From Eledone cirrhosa (lineage: Eukaryota), in the NCBI GenBank assembly GCA_964016885.1, contig OZ024743.1, forward strand, positions 158,720,001-158,784,000: 64,000 bases of DNA, written 5' to 3'. The notes beneath the pieces are model-generated. The model did not search any database. It saw only the letters and a program-made list of their open reading frames with translations, and had not been told where the DNA came from. Position 1 is the stretch's first letter. Each line of letters begins with the position of its first letter. Both the position numbers and the translations under genes were made by a program. Shown piece after piece: positions 60,331 through 64,000 of this stretch.

Positions 60331-62302
60331 CATAAATATGTATATACATATATGTCTGTGCCTTTGTGTGTATATATATATATATGTATATATATATGTA
60401 CGTACATGTATGTATGTATGTATGTATATATGTGTGTGACAGTATGCATATGTGTGTGTACAGTGTACACAGATAAATAGATAGATAGATATATTTCTTT
60501 ATTTGCAACAATGGCGCACAAGAAAAGGGGACAATACAAAGACACATGCCGGAGATTTTACATACAATCGTATGCCCTCTCTCCTCCATTCTGTACGTAT
60601 TGACTCTAGAGCCACTCCTGTGGAAGCTGGAGCTTCTGCAAGGCACCCGTTGGAACCGAGACTGCGGAAAGCAACGTCGTCTTATGCCGACGACGTGACA
60701 GTAATGGTGTCGAAAACCTCGGAAATCGAGGCGATAGGCAACTTACTGCAGGAATACGAAAGGCTCACAGGAGCAAAACTAAACCCGGACAAGTCTGTCG
60801 GTTTGCAACTCGGAACGTAGAGAGGCAAACCGATGCCGTCCGACAGTGTCGTCGGACTCTGGACGGAAGGACTGGTGAAATTGCTCGGGGTCATGTTCGG
60901 TCCGGACCTCCAGGTGGAGATAAAACTGGAACGAGGTCACGGCCAAGGTACTTGCGCTCACCCAGAAGTGGGCAGAGTGCAAACTATCCTTGAAAGGTCG
61001 AGCGGAGGTGACGAACACTTTCATAGCGTCCGTCATCTACTACCGCTTGACCGTCGTGCCTTGTCCCCGTGAACACCCCACCAGGATGGAACGCATGCTC
61101 TTCCAGTTCCTTTGGAAGAAGCAGGCTCCACTGGTGAAGAGATCCGTCTGCTGTCAGCACCCTTCCAACGGAGGGATGGGAATGCCGTGGCTTATGATGC
61201 GCAAACATGCGCTGAGGCTACGGTACCTCCAGGTATTTCTCACCGAACAACTGGTGTGGGCACCGTTTGTGAGACAAGCCTTCCCGCAACTCGTCTCGCT
61301 GACGGAGCTGCAGTCCTGGGTCAAGCGGAGACCGAAGAAAATGGGCGCCTGGCACATTGAATGCGCTCAGGCGCTCACGGTCCTCTGTCAAGTGGGTACA
61401 GCAATCAGTGGAGACTCCACTTCGACATTCTATAGAGGGATTGTACGTCACACGTGCGACGACGTGCTCGGAGAGATTCTGGGCGTCGAAGACGACGAGC
61501 CCACCAGTCTGTTCGGTAGAACTTTCCGTTCAGGACCTATGGACAACTTTCAAAGGTTCCTGGCCTGGCAGTGCCACCGAGGAGCTCTACCTGTTCGAGA
61601 TAAGATCTCCAGGCACGGACGCCCGGACATAGATCTTTCCAAGAGGATGTGTCCAAGATGCGAGCAGGACATTGAAACCGTCCTGCACGCAATTGTACAC
61701 TGCCCAGGCGTAACCGACCTGTGGAACTACGCAGAACAACTGCTGTCGCGTATGGGACAAATCCAGTTGACTGCCGATTCCATAGTAAGGATCAAACCGC
61801 CAACTTCTTTCAAAAACAAAAGAGAGTCAGTTTTCCTCTGTATAGTGGCTATGGTAAAGAAATTATATGGTGGACGAGACTGAGAGGACTGAGGACAGAT
61901 GCCTTTCTCTCCGGGCAACAACTCATTCCCTTCTTTAGGTACCACTTTAGAAGGAGAATTAGAGTGGAGAGAGAGGCACTGCACCCCAGTAAATTTACTG
62001 AAAGGTGGGTGAATGTAGCAAAAATGGCCCGAGTGATTGGGCCTTCTCTGTATATGAACCTGTAGGTTGAAGAAGAGAGCAAAAGGAAGAAAGGAGCACT
62101 TGCGCAACATGTTCCTGAAGTTCAGGGTTGTTCTATCGACGAGTTATTAAACAACCCATTTGTAACGCCTCCCCACATTGGGGATTTCGATTGTTAAATT
62201 TATTGGTTTTAATAATGTTTTTACACGATTGTATGTAAAATCTCCGGCATGTGTCTTTGTATTGTCCCCTTTTCTTGTGCGCCATTGTTGTAAATAAAGA
62301 AA
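57106..62302 (+). mobile_element. Tx1/L1-clade LINE copy 5 (divergent lineage, degenerate, short ORF1 region)
   Basis: ORF2 pieces from 58412 (GSVNVRGL, ITESK, VYAP, YSDH, YADD, CPRC..H..C) to 62065; aataaa then tatctatctatct tail. Confidence 0.9.
60297..60571 (-). repeat. Inverted copy of 62225-62507 inserted in the RT of copy 5
   Basis: Reverse complement of acgattgtatgtaaaatctccggc...tataag; interrupts the reading VKVNG / CPLS. Confidence 0.9.
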
Positions 62303-63639
62303 TATATCTATCTATCTATTTATCTGTGTACACTGTACACACACATATGCATACTGTCACACACATATATACATACATACATACATACATGTACATGCAT
62401 ATATATATACATATATATATATATACACACAAAGGCACAGACATATATATGTATATACATATTTATGTATATATATATATATATATATATGTATATGTAT
62501 ATATAAGTGTGTGTGTGTATATACCGCTCTCTCTGTATATACGAACGCACATATAGTATATATACTTATATAAAGTTTACGTTAAATCATTCGAAAATAA
62601 TTTGAAAAAGTAATTGAAAAAATGGAAAAAACGAGCAAGAGAGAGAGAGAGACATTGAAAAACACCTCCTAAAACAACTAAGATAAAATTCCAATTCTCA
62701 ATTTATTCATATTACAATGCATTTAAAGATTCATAGATAAATCCCTTTCCTTCTAATTGATTCTTGTTGTCAGAAATTCACGCCTCTCGTAAAACCTCTG
62801 GTTATATCTTTTGATCTTAAATTAGGTGTGTTTTTGGCTGCTTTTGTTAAATGAATGGCTCGAACCCATTACTCGGATGGGGTTGGATAATTATTGTTTA
62901 AACTTTTCAATTAGTTGGACTTTATCTGGGAAAATATAGATTGATTTTGGCATTCGTAGTGTTGAGTGAAGGCGTGGTGATTGAGTAGTTTAGTAGGTGG
63001 TATCAAGGAGTTCAACTGAGTGCAGTTTTAGTAAAGAAATGTTGAATGTATATTATTACATTTCATATAACACGTGACTCTTGTGATTACTTTTATTGAG
63101 AAAAGAATTACTTTTTGGGTGGTTGGTGGAGTTATTTGTTACTACGTTGCAATTATTCAGTATCAAAGCTTTGCAATAGACCTATTTTATAACCTTAACT
63201 AACTTTAATTATTGTTCCCAAAATTACCAAGTATTTGAGATCACCAACAATGTTCAATATTATAGAACCCCCCCCCCCCCAAAAAAAAATATATAAATAA
63301 ACGGTAAGGAAGTATGCCGCCTGTTCAACGATTTATATTTATAAATTAATATAATTTTAATTTAGGATTGAACGAAAGTTATGGTAAATAAGTTCTTGTT
63401 AGCATGTTAGGGAGATATGTAGAGGCAGGCGGGAGAAGGGTTTACTCATTCGACTATACGATATGTCTAACATATTTTGAGGCAATGCATGTTCTATGCC
63501 CTCATAAAAGTTACTTGCTCTGTGTGTTCGTTGTGTACTTATGGTTTAGAGAAAAATGATTTAAGATTCGGAATCGCAAAGTTGCTATTATGTGTGCAGA
63601 GCTTTGCAGATGATGAATCTTTCTAAGCAATATTGAAAT

Positions 63640-63850
63640 ATGTGTTGCAATACTTTACCCATTAGTGTTAGGGAATGGGTTTATGTTTTGGCTACACCGT
63701 CTTTTGAAGGAATTCCCCATATTGGATTGGTAGGATACATTGAAGTTCACTGTGACACAATAGACGAGTTCTTTTACTTTGCAGTTATATTGATTTTTAT
63801 AACTTTGAGAAGTTGTTGGTACCAATACTCTATCCATGTTCATGTATTAC
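63640..63850 (-). pseudogene. Possible highly decayed PLE GIY-YIG fragment
   Basis: YNCKVKELVYCVT....SY....GNSFKRR resembles the C..N(L/V)IY..TC..C...Y.G.T...R pattern. Confidence 0.35.
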
Positions 63851-64000
63851 ATCAACCAAACACATATCTCGAGAAATCCCAACCCTCTACCATTTTCTAT
63901 CTACAGTAATTCATATCTTAATTCATATCAGTAATTCATAATTTAATTTTGATCATTGCTATTCTTTCTGACCATTAATTTTCGATATTCTTAACCCATC

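Overview
AT-rich eukaryotic DNA with no supportable host gene. The dense TA/ATGT/TTA/ATCT microsatellites and the tRNA-derived SINE type suggest an octopod cephalopod, but this is inference. The window is dominated by non-LTR retroelements: five Tx1/L1-clade LINEs on + (one with intact ORF1+ORF2 at 7875-13917), three R4/Dong-like RT+RLE elements on - (one with an intact 1130-aa ORF), Penelope-like (PLE) fragments, a CRE-like RLE fragment, a decayed RTE-like RT, several SINEs and a probable hAT-type MITE. Main observations: (1) LINEs are stacked in (TTA)n tracts with a fixed polarity, giving convergent Tx1/Dong pairs, while one Tx1 relative sits in (ATCT)n instead. (2) The intact Tx1 is a chimera whose breakpoint coincides with a GTAAGT splice donor conserved at the end of ORF1 in all four copies that retain it, suggesting splice-mediated module exchange. 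(3) Several non-coding foldback elements carry minimal type-I hammerhead ribozyme motifs in both arms, including core variants and very long stem II inserts. (4) Two Dong-like lineages with divergent ORFs share a closely similar 5'UTR. All alignments and folds were done by eye, so boundaries may be off by a few bases.
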